64,000 nucleotides of DNA from Mobula hypostoma. Lineage: Eukaryota. The notes under the pieces are model-generated. The model was not told where the DNA came from. It was given only the letters and a program-made list of their open reading frames with translations, and made no database searches. Made by a program: the position numbers and the translations under genes. The stretch covers positions 117,244,001 through 117,308,000 of the forward strand of contig NC_086108.1 in NCBI RefSeq assembly GCF_963921235.1. The letters run 5' to 3'. Shown here in pieces: positions 48,779 through 62,830 of this stretch; the first letter of the stretch is position 1, and each line of letters begins with the position of its first letter.

Positions 48779-50172
48779 GAACATAGAACATAGAATAGTA
48801 CAGCACAGTACAGGCCTTTCGGCCCACAATGTTGTGCCAACCCTCAAACCCTGCCTCCCATATAAGCCCCCACCTTAAATTCCTCCATATACCTGTCTAG
48901 TAGTCTCTTAAACTTCACTAGTGTATCTGCCTCCACCACTGACTCAGGCAGTGCATTCCATGCACCAACCACTCTCTGAGTAAAAAACCTTCCTCTAATA
49001 TCCCCCTTGAACTTCCCACCCCTTACCCTAAAGCCATGTCCTCTTGTATTGAGCAGTGGTGCCCTGGGGAAGAGGCGCTGGCTATCCACTCTATCTATTC
49101 CTCTTATTATCTTGTACACCTCTATCATGTCTCCTCTCATCCTCCTTCTCTCCAAAGAGTAAAGCCCTAGTTTCCTTAATCTCTGATCATAATGCATACT
49201 TTCTAAACCAGGCAGCATCCTGGTAAATCTCCTCTGTACCTTTTCCAATGCTTCCACATCCTTCCTACAGTGAGGTGACCAGAACTGGACACAGTATTCC
49301 AAGTGTGGCCTAACCAGAGTTTTATAGAGCTGCATCATTACATCGCGACTCCTAAACTCTATCCCTCGACTTATGAAAGCTAACACCCCATAAGCTTTCT
49401 TAACTACCCTATCCACCTGTGAGGCAACTTTCAGGGATCCGTGGACATGTACCCCGAGATCCCTCTGCTCCTCCACACTACCATGTATCCTGCCATTTAC
49501 TTTGTACTCTGCCTTGGAGTTTGTCCTTCCAAAGTGTACCACCTCACACTTGTCAAGGTTGAACTCCATCTGCCACTTCTCAGCCCACTCCTGCATCCTA
49601 TCAATGTCTCTCTGCAATCTTTGACAATCCTCTACACTATCTACAACACCACCAACCTTTGTGTCGTCTGCAAACTTACCAACCCACCCTTCTACCCCCA
49701 CATCCAGGTCGTTAATAAAAATCACGAAAAGTAGAGGTCCCAGAACAGATCCTTGTGGGACACCACTAGTCACAATCCTCCAATCTGAATGTACTCCCTC
49801 CACCACCACCCTCTGCCTTCTGCTGGCAAGCCAATTCTGAATCCACCTGGCCAAACTTCCCTGGATCCCATGCCTTCTAACTTTCTGAATAAGCCTACCA
49901 TGTGGAACCTTGTCAAATGCCTTACTAAAATCCATATAGATCACATCCACTGCACTACCCTTATCTATATGCCTGGTCACCTCCTCAAAGAACTCTATCA
50001 GGCTTGTTAGACATGATCTGCCCTTCACAAAGCCATGCTGACTGTCCCTGATCTGACCATGATTCTCTAAATGCCTATAGATCCCATCTCTAAGAATCTT
50101 TTCCAACAGCTTTCCCACCACAGACGTAAGGTTCACTGGTCTATAATTACCCAGACTATCCCTATTACCTAT
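48779..50172 (-). mobile_element. Young CR1 3' half, RT open (ORF 48844-50292)
   Basis: NYRPVNLTSVVGK...FADD...; (CATAGAA)n tail at 48781-48796. It is inserted in an older minus-strand CR1 (~48200-51100). Confidence 0.95.
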
Positions 50173-50182
50173 GTGCTTTGGA

Positions 50183-50565
50183 TCTTCACTCTTTGGAGAG
50201 AAGGAGGATGAGAGGAGACATGATAGAGGTGTACAAGATAATAAGAGGAATAGATAGAGTGGATAGCCAGCGCCTCTTCCCCAGGGCACCACTGCTCAAT
50301 ACAAGAGGACATGGCTTTAATGTAAGGGGTGGGAAGTTCAAGGGGGGTATTAGAGGAAGGTTTTTTACTCAGAGAGTGGTTGGTGTGTGGAATGCACTGC
50401 CTGAGTCAGTGGTGGAGGCAGATACACTAGTGAAGTTTAAGAGATTACTAGACAGGTATACGGAGGAATTTAAGGTGGGGAGTTATATGGGAGGCAGGGT
50501 TTGAGGGTGGGCACAACATTGTGGGCCGAAGGGCCGGTACTGTGCTGTACTATTGTATGTTCTAT
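50183..50565 (+). mobile_element. Young CR1 3' tip, head-to-head with 48779-50172
   Basis: ORF 50178-50504 is the same C-terminus (...GSYMGGRV) and ends in a TATGTTCTAT tail. Confidence 0.93.
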
Positions 50566-51109
50566 CCCATGGGCTGAAATCTTCTCAACCAATTTCCCAT
50601 GTGAGATCTCATCAAAGACATTACTGAACTCCACATTTATGGTACTGCCCTCATCAATGTCCTTCATTACCTCCATCAAATTGTTCGAACAGAATCGGTG
50701 CATGTTGGCTGAATATGATCAGCTCCAGCCTTTCCAACTGATCATTAATCCTGTCCCTTGAGAGTTTTCTTTAATAACCTCCGGGTCACTGATGTTAGTC
50801 ATAGATCTAGAGCTACCGGGCTTTTTCCCGCTGCCAGCTTGAAAAGGGAGACCAAGTTTACTGTCCTCCAGTCACCTGATGCGTCATTTGTAACCAGTGA
50901 AAATCCCAAAATATCCACCAGAACTGCCACGATGGTTTCACTCTCCTCCCAAAGTAGCCCAGGGTAAATCCCGTCTGCACCTGGGATGTATCCAGTGATA
51001 AACCTGCTCAGGTACCTCCTGTTTATTTAAGGAAACCAGCACTAAATTTTTACCTTGTCACTGAAATCTAGCCAATTTCCTTTGTGAGAACCAATGAATT
51101 CAGATCACT

Positions 51110-54100
51110 TTGTACAAAAGGGACGGGATGCACTTGAATCTGAGGAGGACCAATATTCCCGCAGGCAGATTTACTGGAGCTGTTGGGAGTGGTTTAAACT
51201 GATATGGTAGGAGGATGATCCAGCAAGTTTACAGGTAGATGATGGGTGTAACATGAATGTAAGGAAGGACAAGCCAATGACTGGGTACAAATACAGACAG
51301 AGCAAAGAGTTAAATTGTACCACAGAGGCAAAATTCAATAGGACAAAGAATGCAGGACTGAAGGTGCTGTATTTAAATGCACTTGGCATTTGGAATAAAG
51401 CGGATGAACTCGTGGTACAATCAGAGATTGTTCTGTATGACTTTGTGGGCATCACTGAGTCGTAGCTGAAAGTAGGCCAAAGTTGGAAAGTTAAGATCAA
51501 AGGGTATACTTTGTATGGAAAGGACAGGCAGGAAGGCACAGATGGTGGTGTGGCTCTGTCGGTAAGAGATGAAATTAGAACTTTAGAAAGAGGTGACACA
51601 GAGTCAGAAAATGTTGAATCTTTGTGGGTGGAGTTAAGAAACTGCAAGAGTAAAACAACTATTACGGGAATCATTTATAGGCCTCCAAATAGCAGCCAAG
51701 ATGTGGGATTGAGATTGCAAAGGGAACTGGAAAAGGTGTGTAATAAAAGTAATGACATAGTTGTGATGGGGCGGGGGGACTTCAATATGCAAGGGGATTG
51801 ACAAAATCAGCTTGCTGTTGGACTGCAAAACAGGGAATTTGTTGAATGCCTACAAGATGGTATTTTAGAACAGCTTGTGCTTGAACCTGCTCATGGAAAG
51901 GCTATCTTAGCTTGGGTATTATGGAATATCTCAGATCTTATCAGGGAATTTAACGTAAAGGAACCCCAAGGAGGCAGTGATCATAATATGATTGAATTCA
52001 TACTGCAGTTAGAGAGGGAGAAGCATAACTCACATGTAACAGTATCGCAATGGAATAAAGGGAATTATGGAAGCATGAGAGAGGAACTTGCCCAGGTGGA
52101 TTGGAGGAGAATACTGGCGGGGATGATGGCAGAGCAGAGATGACTGAAGTTTCTGGGAATAGCTCACAAGGCACAAGATAGATATGTCCCAAAGAGGAAG
52201 AAGTTCCCATATGGCAGAAGTAGGCAACCATGGCTGACAAAAGAAGTTAAGGACTGCATAAAAGCCAAGGAAAGTAAAGTAGCCAAAGTGAGTGGGAAGT
52301 TGGATGATTGGGAAGCTTTTAAAATCAACTTTTAAAGGCAACTAAAAAAGCTATAAGAAATAGAATCCATAGAAAAACTACAGCACAGAAACAGGCCTTT
52401 TCGTCCTTCTTGGCTGTGCAGAACCATTTTCTGCCTAGTCCCACTGACCTGCACACGGACCATATCCCTCCATACACCTCCCATCCATGTATCTGTCCAA
52501 TTTATTCTTAAATGTTAAAAAAGAACCTGCATTTACCACCTCGTCTGGCAGCTCATTCCATACTCCCACCACTCTCTGTGTGAAGGAGCCCCCCCCCCAA
52601 TGTTCCCTTTAAACTTTTCCCCCCTCACCCTTAACCCATGTCCTCTGGTTTTTTTCTCCCCTTGCCTCAGTGGAAAAGGCCTGCTTGCTTTCACTCTATC
52701 TATACCCATCACAATTTTATATACCTCTATCAAATTTCCCCTCATTCTTCTACGCTCCAGGGAATAAAGTCCTAACCTATTCAACCGTTCTCTGTAACTG
52801 AGTTTCTCAAGTCCCGGCAACATCCTTGTAAACCTTCTCTGCACCCTTTCAACCTTATTAATATCCTTCCTGTAATTTGGTGACCAAAACTGAACACAAT
52901 ACTCCAGACTCGGCCTCACCAATGCCTTATACAACCTCATCATAACATTCCAGCTCTTATACTCAATACTTTGATTAATAAAGGCCAATGTACCAAAAGC
53001 TCTCTTTACGACCCTATCTACCTGTGACGCCACTTTTAGGGAATTCTGTATCTGTACTCCCAGATCCCTCTGTTCTACTGCACTCCTCAGTGCCTTACCA
53101 TTTACCCTGTATGTTCTACCTTGGTTTGTCCTTCCAAAGGCAAATACCTCACACTTGTCAGTATTAAACTCCATCTGCCATTTTTCAGCCCATTTTTCCA
53201 GCTGGTCCAAGTCCCTCTGCAGGCTTTGAAAACCTTCCTCGCTACCCACTACACCTCCAATCTTTATATCATCAGCAAATTTGCTGATCCAATTTACCAC
53301 ATTATCATCCAGATCATTGATATAGATGACAAATAACAATGGACCCAGCACTGATGCCTGTGGATGTAAGAAAAAAGATGAAAAATGAGGGAAGACTAGC
53401 AATAATATAAAGCAGGATACCAAAAGTTTTTTCGTTATATAGAAAGTGAAAGGGAGGTGAGAGTTGATATTGGACCATTGAAAAATTATGCTGGTGAGGT
53501 AGTAATCGGGGACAAAGAAACGGCAGATGGACTTAGTGGGTACTTTGCATCTGTCTTCACTGTGGAAGACGCAGTGTGCCAGAGGTCCATGAGTGTCTGG
53601 GAGTAGGAGTGAGTGCCATTACTATTACAAAGGGAAAAGTGTGAGACAAACTCAAAGGTCTTAAGAATGATAAGTCAGCTGGGCCAGAGTCCAGAGTAAA
53701 CACAAAATACTCTGCAGATGTTGGGGTCAAAGCAACATTCACAACACACTAGAGGAACTCAGCAGGTCGGGCAGCATCCGTGGAAATGATCAGTCAATGT
53801 TTCGGACCGGAGAGAGGTTGCTGAAGAGATAATGGAAGCATTGGTCATGAACTTTCAAGAATCATTTGACTCTGGCATGGTCCTGGAGGACTGGCAGATT
53901 GCAAATGTCACTCACAAGATCACAAGACAAAGGAGCAGAAGTAGGTCGTTCAGCCCATCGAGTCTGCTCCGCCACTCCACCATGAGCTAAACTATTCTCC
54001 CATCTAGTTCCAATTTCCGGATTTTTCCCCATATCCCTTGATACCCTGACTAATTGGATACCTATCAATCTCCTCCTTAAACACTCTCAATGATCGGGCC

Positions 54101-55440
54101 TTCACAGCTGTATGTGGCAACGAATTCCATAAATCCACGACCCTCTGGCTAAAAGAATTTCTCCTCATCTCTGTTTTAAATGGGTACCCTCTAATTCTAA
54201 GACTGTGGCCTCTTGTCCTGGACTCACCCACCAAGGGAAACAGCCTTTCTACATCTACTCCGTCCAACCCTTTCAACATTTGAAATGTTTCTATGAGATC
54301 CCCTCTCATTCTTCTATACTCTAATGAATACAGTCCAAGAGCCGACAAACGCTCCTCATATGTTAGCCCCTGCGTTCCAGAAATCATCCTCATAAATCTT
54401 CTCTGAACTCGCTCCAACATCAGTAGATCCTTTCTAAGATAGGGGGCCAAAAACTGCACACAGTATTCCAAATGAGGTCTCACCAGTGCCCCCTAGAGCC
54501 TCATCAACACCTCCTTACTCTTATACACTATTCCTCTTGAAATGAATGCCAACATAGCATTTGCTTTCCTTACTGCTGATCCAACCTGGTGGTTAACCTT
54601 TCGGGTATCCTGCACGAGGACCCCCAAGTCCCTTTGCACTTCCGATTTTTGAATTTTCTCCTGATCTAAATAATAATCTGCCCGATTATTTCTTCTTCCA
54701 AAATGTACAACCATACATTTCTCAACATTGTATCTCATCTACCATTTCTTTGCCCACTCTCCTAAACTGAAAGAGTCTCTCTGCAACCTCTCCGTTTCTT
54801 CACCACTTCCTGCTCCTCCACCTATCTCGGTGTCATCTGCAAGGTTAGCCACAAAACCATTTAATCCATAATCTAAATCATTGATATACATTGTAAAAAG
54901 AAGCGGTCCCAACACGACCCCTGTAGAACACCACTAGTAACCGGCAACCAATCAGAATAGGATCCCTTTATTCCCACCCTTTGCTTTCTGCCTATCAGCC
55001 AATGCTCCACTCATTCCAATATCTTTCCTGTAATTCCATGGGCTCTCATCTTGTTAAGCAGCCTCTTATGCGGCACCTTATCGAAGGCCTTTTGAAAATC
55101 CAAATACACAACATCCACAGCCTCTCCCTTGTCAATCTTATTTGAGATTTCCTCAAATCACTCCACTCTTTAAGAAGAGAAGAAGGCAAAGGAAAGGAAA
55201 AGAAAGGCCTATTAGCCTAACCTCAGTGATTGGGAAAATGTTGGACTCTATTATTAAGGATGAGGTCTTGAGGTACTTGGAGACTAATGATAAAATAAGT
55301 CAAAGTCAGCATGGTTTCTGTAAAGGGAAATCTTGTCTGACAAATCTGTTACAGTTCTTTGAGGAAGTAACAAACAGGGTAGACAAAGGAGAGGCAGTGG
55401 ATGTTATTTAGTTGGGTTTTCAGAAGGTGTTTGATAAGAC
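51110..55440 (+). mobile_element. Degenerate CR1 (ORF1 end, endonuclease, RT start) with nested minus-strand CR1s at ~52361-53360 and ~53913-55150 and a Penelope-end fragment at ~53690-53810
   Basis: LYLNA, GITES, YRPPNS, GDFN, SDHN and QHGF motifs. Nested ORFs lie at 52533-53423, 54004-54483 and 54493-54738. TAAGAAA is duplicated either side of the 52361-53360 insert. Confidence 0.85.
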
Positions 55441-55449
55441 ATTTGATAA

Positions 55450-57790
55450 TCAAAATACTCATTTAATTCATCAGCCAATTCCTCGTCCCTTTTTATTATT
55501 TCTCCTGTCTCATTTTCCAGTGGTCTTATATCCACTCTCATTTCTCTTTCATTTCTAACGTGCATGAAAAACTTTTAGTATCCACTTTGATATTATTTGC
55601 TAGCTTCCTTTCATATTTCATCCTTTCCCTTCTAATTATTTTTTTAGTTGCTCTCTGTACGTTTTCAAAAACTACCCAATCCCCTATCTTCCCACTAATT
55701 TTTGCTTTGTTATATGCCCTTTCTTTTGCTTTTACAATAGATTTGACTTCCCTTGTCAGCCACGGTTGTGCTATTTTACCATTTCAGTATATCTTCACTT
55801 TTGGAATACACATGTCCTGCACCTTCCTCATTTTCCCCAGAAACACACACCACTGCTGCTCTGCTGACATCCCTGCCAGCAGCTCCTTCCAATTTACTTT
55901 GGCCAACTCCTCTCTAATACCACTGTAATTTCCCTTACTCCACTGAAATACTGCTACATCAGACTTTACTTTCTCCCTATCAAATTTCAAGTTGAACACA
56001 ATCATATTGTGATCACTGGTTCCTAAGGGTTCTTTTACCTTAAACTCCCTAATCACCTTCAGTTCATTACATAACAGCCAATCCAGCATGACTGATTCCC
56101 TAGAAGGCCCAATGACAAAGCTATCTCTTAAGCATTCAACAAACTCACTCTCTTGAGATCCATTACCAACCTGTTATTCCCAATTGACCTGCATGTTAAA
56201 ATCTCCCAGGACTACCATAACAAAGCCCTTTTACTCGCATTTTCTAATTCCTGTTGTGACCTGTGGTCCACCTCCCAGCAACTGTTGGGAGGCCTGTTTA
56301 TAACTGTCATCAACGTCATTTTACCCTTGCAGTTCCTTAACCAGCAAGGATTCAACATCTTCTGATCCTATGTCACATCTTTCTACTGATTTGATGCCAT
56401 TCTTTACCAGTAGAGCCACACCACTCCCTCTGCCTGCCTTCCTATCCCTCTGATATAACGTGTAACCTTGGACATTCAGCTCCCAACTACAACCATCCTT
56501 CAGCCACGATTCAGTGATTGCCACATCAAGCCTGCCAATCTGTAATATTGCAACAAGATCATCCACCTTATTTCTTATACTACGTGCATTTAGGTACCAC
56601 ACCTTGAGAACTGTATTGGCTATACTTTCTGATCCTGCATCCCTAATGATTTGATACTCAGCCTGTTGGCTGCAGCTGAGTCCCATCGCCTGCCTGCCCT
56701 TCCTGACAGTCTAACTGCACGCTATCTTTATCTTTTTACCATCTGTCCTATCGTGAGTCCCTTCACTCCGCTTCCCACCCCCCTGCCAAATCCTCCCTCC
56801 CCAACAGCTCTAACAAACTACTTGCGAGAATATTGGTTCCCCTCGGGTTCAGGTGCAACCCCTCACTTTTCAACAGGTCATACCTCCATCAGAATAGATC
56901 CCACTGATCCAAGAACCTGAAGCCCTGCCCCCTGCACCATCTTCTCAGTCACACATTTACCTGCCAAATCATCCTGTTTCTACCCTCACTGGCACGTGGC
57001 ACAGGCATCAATCCAGAAATTACTGGAGTGTTCCTGCTTCTCAGCTTTCTACCTAGATCTCTAAATTCTCTTTTCAGGGCCTCATTGCTTTTCTTTCCTA
57101 TGTCATTGGTACCAATATGTATCAAGACATCTGGCTGTTCCCCCTCCTCCAAAATGTTGTGGATGCGATCTGAGACATCCCTGACCCTGGCACCTAGGTG
57201 GCAACATACCATCTGGGTATCCCATTAACATCCACAGAATCTCCTGTTTCTTCCCCTCACTATTGAGTCCCCTATTACTACCAGTCCTTTCTTCTTTCTC
57301 TTTCCCTTCTGCACCACGGACCCATGCTCAGTGCCTGTAATCCGGTCGCCATGCCATTTTCCCGGGAGGTCATTCCCCACAAAAGTATCCAAAGCAATAT
57401 ACTTGTTTTTGAGGGAAATGGCCACAGGGCTGCTCTGCTCTAACTGCCTATTTCCATTTCTCCTGACGGTCACCCAGCTACTCGCCTCCTGCAACTTCGG
57501 GGTGACCACTTTCCTGTAACTTTGATCAATTATATCCTCGCTGTCCCATACAAGCCGAAGGTCATCCAGCTGCTGCTCCAGATCCCTAACACGGTCTTCA
57601 AGGAGCTGCAGCCCGACGCACTTCTCGCAGATGTATTTCACCGGGAGACTCTGGGTCTCCCAGTTCTCCAACATCGGACACGAAGAGCACACCACAGCCA
57701 TTTAATTGGTACAGTAAGAGAAGAAAAAAAACAAAAAGGAAACCTTAACAGACATCTTAGACAGAGCCGACACCTCCTCCGAGCCAAAGC
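55450..57790 (-). mobile_element. CR1 5' half: ORF1 (zinc finger/leucine zipper + SGNH esterase) and ORF2 endonuclease, decayed
   Basis: ORF 57225-57701 has CSSC...CEKC...LEDRVRDLEQQL...VIGDSIVRG. ORF 56949-57212 has HIGTND. ORF 56321-56686 has YLNARSIRNK...AITESW. ORF 55784-56089 has SDHN. Confidence 0.9.
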
Positions 57791-57839
57791 CTCTGTTTAA
57801 ATAACCCTTTTTAAATAACTGCTGACGACCTGCAAGAAA

Positions 57840-58300
57840 GAAGAGGTTAACATATGAGGAGTGTTTGGCAGCTTCAGACCTGTACTCACTGGAATTTAGA
57901 AGAATGCAGGAAGATCTCATTGAAACCTACTGAATGTTGAAAGGACTAGAAAGGGTGGATGTGGAGAATATGTTTCCTACGGTGGGAGTATTCAGAACTA
58001 GAGGGCACAGCCTGAAAATTGAGGGGTGACCCTTTCAAGCAGAGGTAAGGAGGATTTTTTTTTAGCCAGAGACTGGTGAATCTGTGGAATGCATTGCCAC
58101 ACACTGTGGTGGAGGCCAAGTCCATGCGTACATTAAAGGCAGAAGTCGATTGTTTCCTCATTGGTCAGGAACTCAAAGGATATGGCGAGAAGGCAGGTGT
58201 ATGGGGGTGAGTGGGATTCGGGATCTGCCATGATGGAATGGCAGAACAGACTTGATGGACTGAATGGCCTAATTCTGCTCCTATGTCATAGGGTCTCATG
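57840..58300 (+). mobile_element. CR1 3' fragment
   Basis: It has the LYSLEFRRM..DLIETY pattern and a CR1-type 3'UTR (TGAATGGCCTAATTCTGCTCC). Confidence 0.8.
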
Positions 58301-58454
58301 GGCTTCGTTTGTCCCTCTTGGACAAACCCTCCCCCTTATTATCCTTTTGTCCCTGATGTACTTTCAGATTACCTTCAGATTTACCTTAACCCTGTCCACC
58401 AGTGATATTTCATGACCCCTTTTTGCCTTTTAATTTTGTTTTCAAGCATCTTCG

Positions 58455-58990
58455 TCAAAGTTCTAAGTAATTTATTGTGAAAGTACATATATGTCTCCTT
58501 ATTTAACCTTAAGGTTCTAGAGCATACTCCATAAATTCAAGAACCAGAATTAAATCAATGAAAGACAACACCCAACAGGGTGGGCAAACAACCAACACGT
58601 CAAAGATGACACACTGTGCAAATACAAACGAAAACAATTAAGCAAATTTGCAATAAGTATCAGGAACACGAGATGAAGAGTCTTTGAAAGCGAGTCTATA
58701 GATTATGGGAACAGTTTGGTGATGGGGCGAGTGAAGCTGAGTGAAGTTATCCTTATTGGTTCAAGAGCCTGATGGTTGAGGGAACCTAGTGCTGTGGGCT
58801 CTGAGGCTCCTGTACCTTCTTCCTGATGGCAGGAGTGAGAAGAGAGACCCCTGTGTGGTCGAGGTCCCTGATCATGGATGCTGCTTTCCTACAGCAGTGT
58901 TTGATGTGGATGTGTTCAGTAGAGGGAAGAGCTTTACCCACGATGGACTGCACAGTATTCAGCACTTTTTGTAGATTTTTTTTTTGTTCA
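58455..58990 (-). mobile_element. Rex1/Babar-like LINE 3' fragment
   Basis: ORF 58786-59136 contains KNLQKVLNTVQSIVGKALPSTEHI...CCRKAASMIRD, which resembles the Rex1 RT C-terminus. Confidence 0.6.
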
Positions 58991-58999
58991 ATAGTATAC

Positions 59000-61900
59000 G
59001 TATAAGATGATGAGAGGCATTGATCGTGTGGATAGGCAGAGGCTTTTCCCAGGATTGAAATGGCAAACATGAGGGGGCATAGTTTTAAGGTGCTTGGAAG
59101 TGGGTACAGAGGGGATGTCAGAGGTAAGTTTTTCACACAGAGTGCCTGGAATGCACTGCCAGAGATGGTGGTGGAGGGTCTTAAGTAGGTTCATGGAGCT
59201 TAGTAAAATAAAAAGCTGTGCAGCAGGGAGATTCTAGGCAGCTTCCAGGGTAGGCAACATGGTCGGCATAACTTTGTGGGCTGAAGGGCCTGTAATGTGC
59301 CGTAGATTTCCTATGTTTTATCTTCTATCTTCTATCATCGTTAGAACATCAAATATTAAGTACACACTTTATGGAACTGGAATTGAGTGTTGATGAGTAA
59401 AAGGACCTTGGGGTTCAAGCTCATAGCTCCCGGAAAGTGGTTACACAGGCCTTTAGGTGGAAAAAAAGCCATATGGCATGCATGGCTTTAATAGTCAAGG
59501 AACTGAGTTCAAGAGTGAGGAAGTTATTTTGAAGCTTTATAAATTCTATTTTGGCCACATCTGGAGTATTGTATACAGTACTAGTCGCACTATTATTTGA
59601 AGGATGTCGAGGCATTGGAGAGGGTGCAGAAGAGGTTTATCAGGACGCTGCCTGGTTTAGAGGGCTTGTGCTATCATGAGAGGCTGGGGTTGTTTTCTCG
59701 GAAGCAAAGTGGCTGAATGGGAGATCTGATAGAGGTTTATAAGATGACTAGGGGCTAGATAGATTGATAGATAGAGTAGACATTCAGTAACTGTTACCCA
59801 AGTTTAAATGTCTAATACCAGAGGGCATGCATACATTTAGCATGAGAAGGGGTAATTTCAAAGGAGCTGTGCAGATCAAGCTTTTACACAGAGAGTGGTG
59901 AATGCCTGGGGTGATGGTAGAGGAAAAAATTTTAGAAGCCTGTTAGATGAGCATATGAATGTGCAGGAAATGGCGGAATGTGGACATTGTGTAGGCAGGA
60001 GGAGTAGCTCACATGGAAATGTGATTACTAGTGTTCTGAGTTGGGCACAATATTTTGAGCTGCAGGTCCTGTCCCTGTGCTGAACTGGACTCTGTCAACA
60101 CTGCCCCCTCCTGGATGGATGTTCTTCTACATCTGATTCTGTGAGACTTGAGGCCCCTCTGTTTTAGCGTTTTTAAGGGGTACAGGGGTTTTTTATAGAA
60201 TATGAAGAATAAACAGGAATAGGATACTAGGATGGTCAAAGATGGGAGGGTGAAGTGTAGGTTTGTATATATGTGTGTGTGTGTTGGGTGAAGGGATTTA
60301 GAATGTATGTCTAGTGCACGTTCTGGAGCAGAGGGTGGTGGTAATGCACCATTAAGCTGGATGCCAACCGCCGTAAAACAAGATACAGACAGACAGACTG
60401 CCGGGGCCCCTCTGCCATCAGGCTCTGTGATGTGGTTATGAGTGGCAGTGAGAGCGAAGGAGGGGCTGGTGTGCTGTTAGCACACACATATGAGGGTGTT
60501 CATCCTAGAATCACGGGAACAACAACCCGAAGTTTAAGAGTAAAGGGATGCTATTGAGAGCATAGGTGCCCTTACAGCCTGGTAGTCATGTCTTGATCTG
60601 CAGGATATTGGGGGACGGGGAGGGGGTGGAGGTGGAAGTACGTAGTTTAATGACTATTTCTCCTCAATGTTTACTATGTAGAAAATCATGGCTGATCAAG
60701 ATATAATAGAACCAGCCTTCCACCATAAATAAAGTTGGTAAGTACTCAGGGCCTGACCAAGTGTGTCCTTGGAATTTGCAGGAGGCTAAAGAGGAAATTG
60801 CAAAGGCTCCTGCGAATATATTTGCTTCATTGTTAGCCACTGTTGAAGTACCCAAACACTGGAAGGGGGTAATGTTGTTCTGTTTAAGAAGGGCTGCAAT
60901 GATAATCCAGAGAAGTACAGGCCAGTCAGCCTGACATCAGATGGGGAAGTTATTGAGGGATCTACCACTATTTGGATAGAGAGCACGAATAGGTGGAGAT
61001 AGCATGGCTTTCTGCATGGATGTTGTGTTTGACAACCTTTCAGAGTTCTTTGAAGAAGTGACCAAAGGGGTAGATGAGGGTAGTGCAGAGGATGCTGGCT
61101 ATTGGACTTGAGCAAGGTCTTCAACAAAGTCCCAAACGCTAGGTTGGTCTGGAAGATTATGTCCCAGAGAATCCATGGAGAGCGAGGTAGGTGGATACAA
61201 TTCAGAGAGGAAGCAGAGGGTGATGGTTGAAGATTGCTTCTTGGTATGGAGACCGGTTACTAAAAAGGGTTCTAAGAGTAAACCTAGCAATTATCGGCCT
61301 GTGAGTTTGACCTCAGTGGTGGGTAAATTGATGGAAAGTATTCTTAGAGATGGTATATATAATTATCTGGATAGACAGGGCCTGATTAGGAACAGTCAAC
61401 ATGGATTTGTGCATGGAAGGTCATGTTTGACAAACATTGAATTTTTTTTGAGGTTACTAGGAAAGTTGACGAGGGTAAAGCGGTGGATGTTGTCTATATG
61501 GACTTCAGTAAGGCCTCTGACAAGGTTCCACATGGAAGGCTAGTTAGGAAGGTTCAATCGTTAGGTATTAACATCGAAGTAGTAAAGTGGATTCAGCAGT
61601 GGCTGGATGGGAGACGCCAGAGAGTAGTGGTGGATAACTGTTTGTCAGATTGGAGGACGGTGTCTAGTGGTGTGCCTCAGGGATCTGTACACGGTCCAAT
61701 GTTATTTGTCATATATATTAATGATCTGGATGATGGGGTGGTAAATTGGATTAGTAAGTATGCAGCTGATACTAAGATAGGTGGAGTTGTGGATAATAAA
61801 GTAGGTTTTCAAAGCTTGCAGAGAGATTTAGACCACTTAGAAGAGTGAGCTGAAAGATGGCAGATGGAGTTTAATGCTGGTAAATGTGAGGTGCTACATT

Positions 61901-62830
61901 TTGGTAGGACTAATCAAAATAGGACATACATGTTAAATGGTAGGGCATTGAAGAATGCAGTAGAACAGAGGGATCTAGGAATAATGGTCCATAGTTCCCT
62001 GAATGTGTAATCTCATGTGGCTAGGGTGGTGAAGAAAGCTTTTGGTATGCTGGCCTTTATAAATCAGAGCATTGAGTATAGGAGTTGGGATGTAATGTTG
62101 AAATTGTATAAGCCATTGGTAAGGCCAAATTTGGAGTATTGTGTACAGTTCTGCTCACCGAATTATAGGAAAGATGTCAATAAAATTGAGAGAGTACGGA
62201 GGAGATTTACTAGAATGTAGCCTGCGTTTCATCTCCTAAGTTACAGAGAAAGGTTGAACAAGTTGGGTCTTTATTCTTTGGAGCGTAGAAGGTTGAGGGG
62301 GGACTTGAAAGAGGTATTTAAAGTTAGGAGGGGGATAGATAGAATTGACGTGGATAGGCTTTTTCCATTGAGAGTGGGGGAGATTCAAACAAGAGGACAA
62401 GAGTTGAGAGTTAAAGGGCAAAAGTTTAGGGGTAACATGAGGGGGAACTTCTTTACTCAGAGAGTGGTAGCTGTGTGGAACGAGCTTCCAGCAGAAGTGG
62501 TTGAGACAGGTTCGATGTTGTCATTTAAAGTAAAATTGGATAGATATATGGAAAGGAAAGGAATGGAGGGTTATGGACCGAGTGCAGGTCGGTGGGACTA
62601 GGTGAGAGTAAGAGTTCGGCACGGACTAGAGGGGCCGAGGTGGCCTGTTTCCGTGCTGTAATTGTTATATGGTTATAGTGATGTGCCACAAGGGCTGGTG
62701 TTGAGACCACTGCTATTCATTATTTGTATAAATGACTTAATAAGAATGCACAAGGTTGATCGGTAAATTTACCGATGACACAAAATTAGGCGGTGTTGTT
62801 GATAGTGAAGAAGGTTGTTGTAGATTACAT
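59000..62830 (+). mobile_element. CR1 fragments at ~59000-59320, ~59370-60085 and ~60735-62830, with a less-decayed copy nested at ~61260-62678
   Basis: KPSNYRPVSLTSVVGK, QHGF, GVPQGS and RPNLEYCVQF in ORFs spanning 61175-62601. A GTTATATG tail lies at ~62665-62678. Confidence 0.85.
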
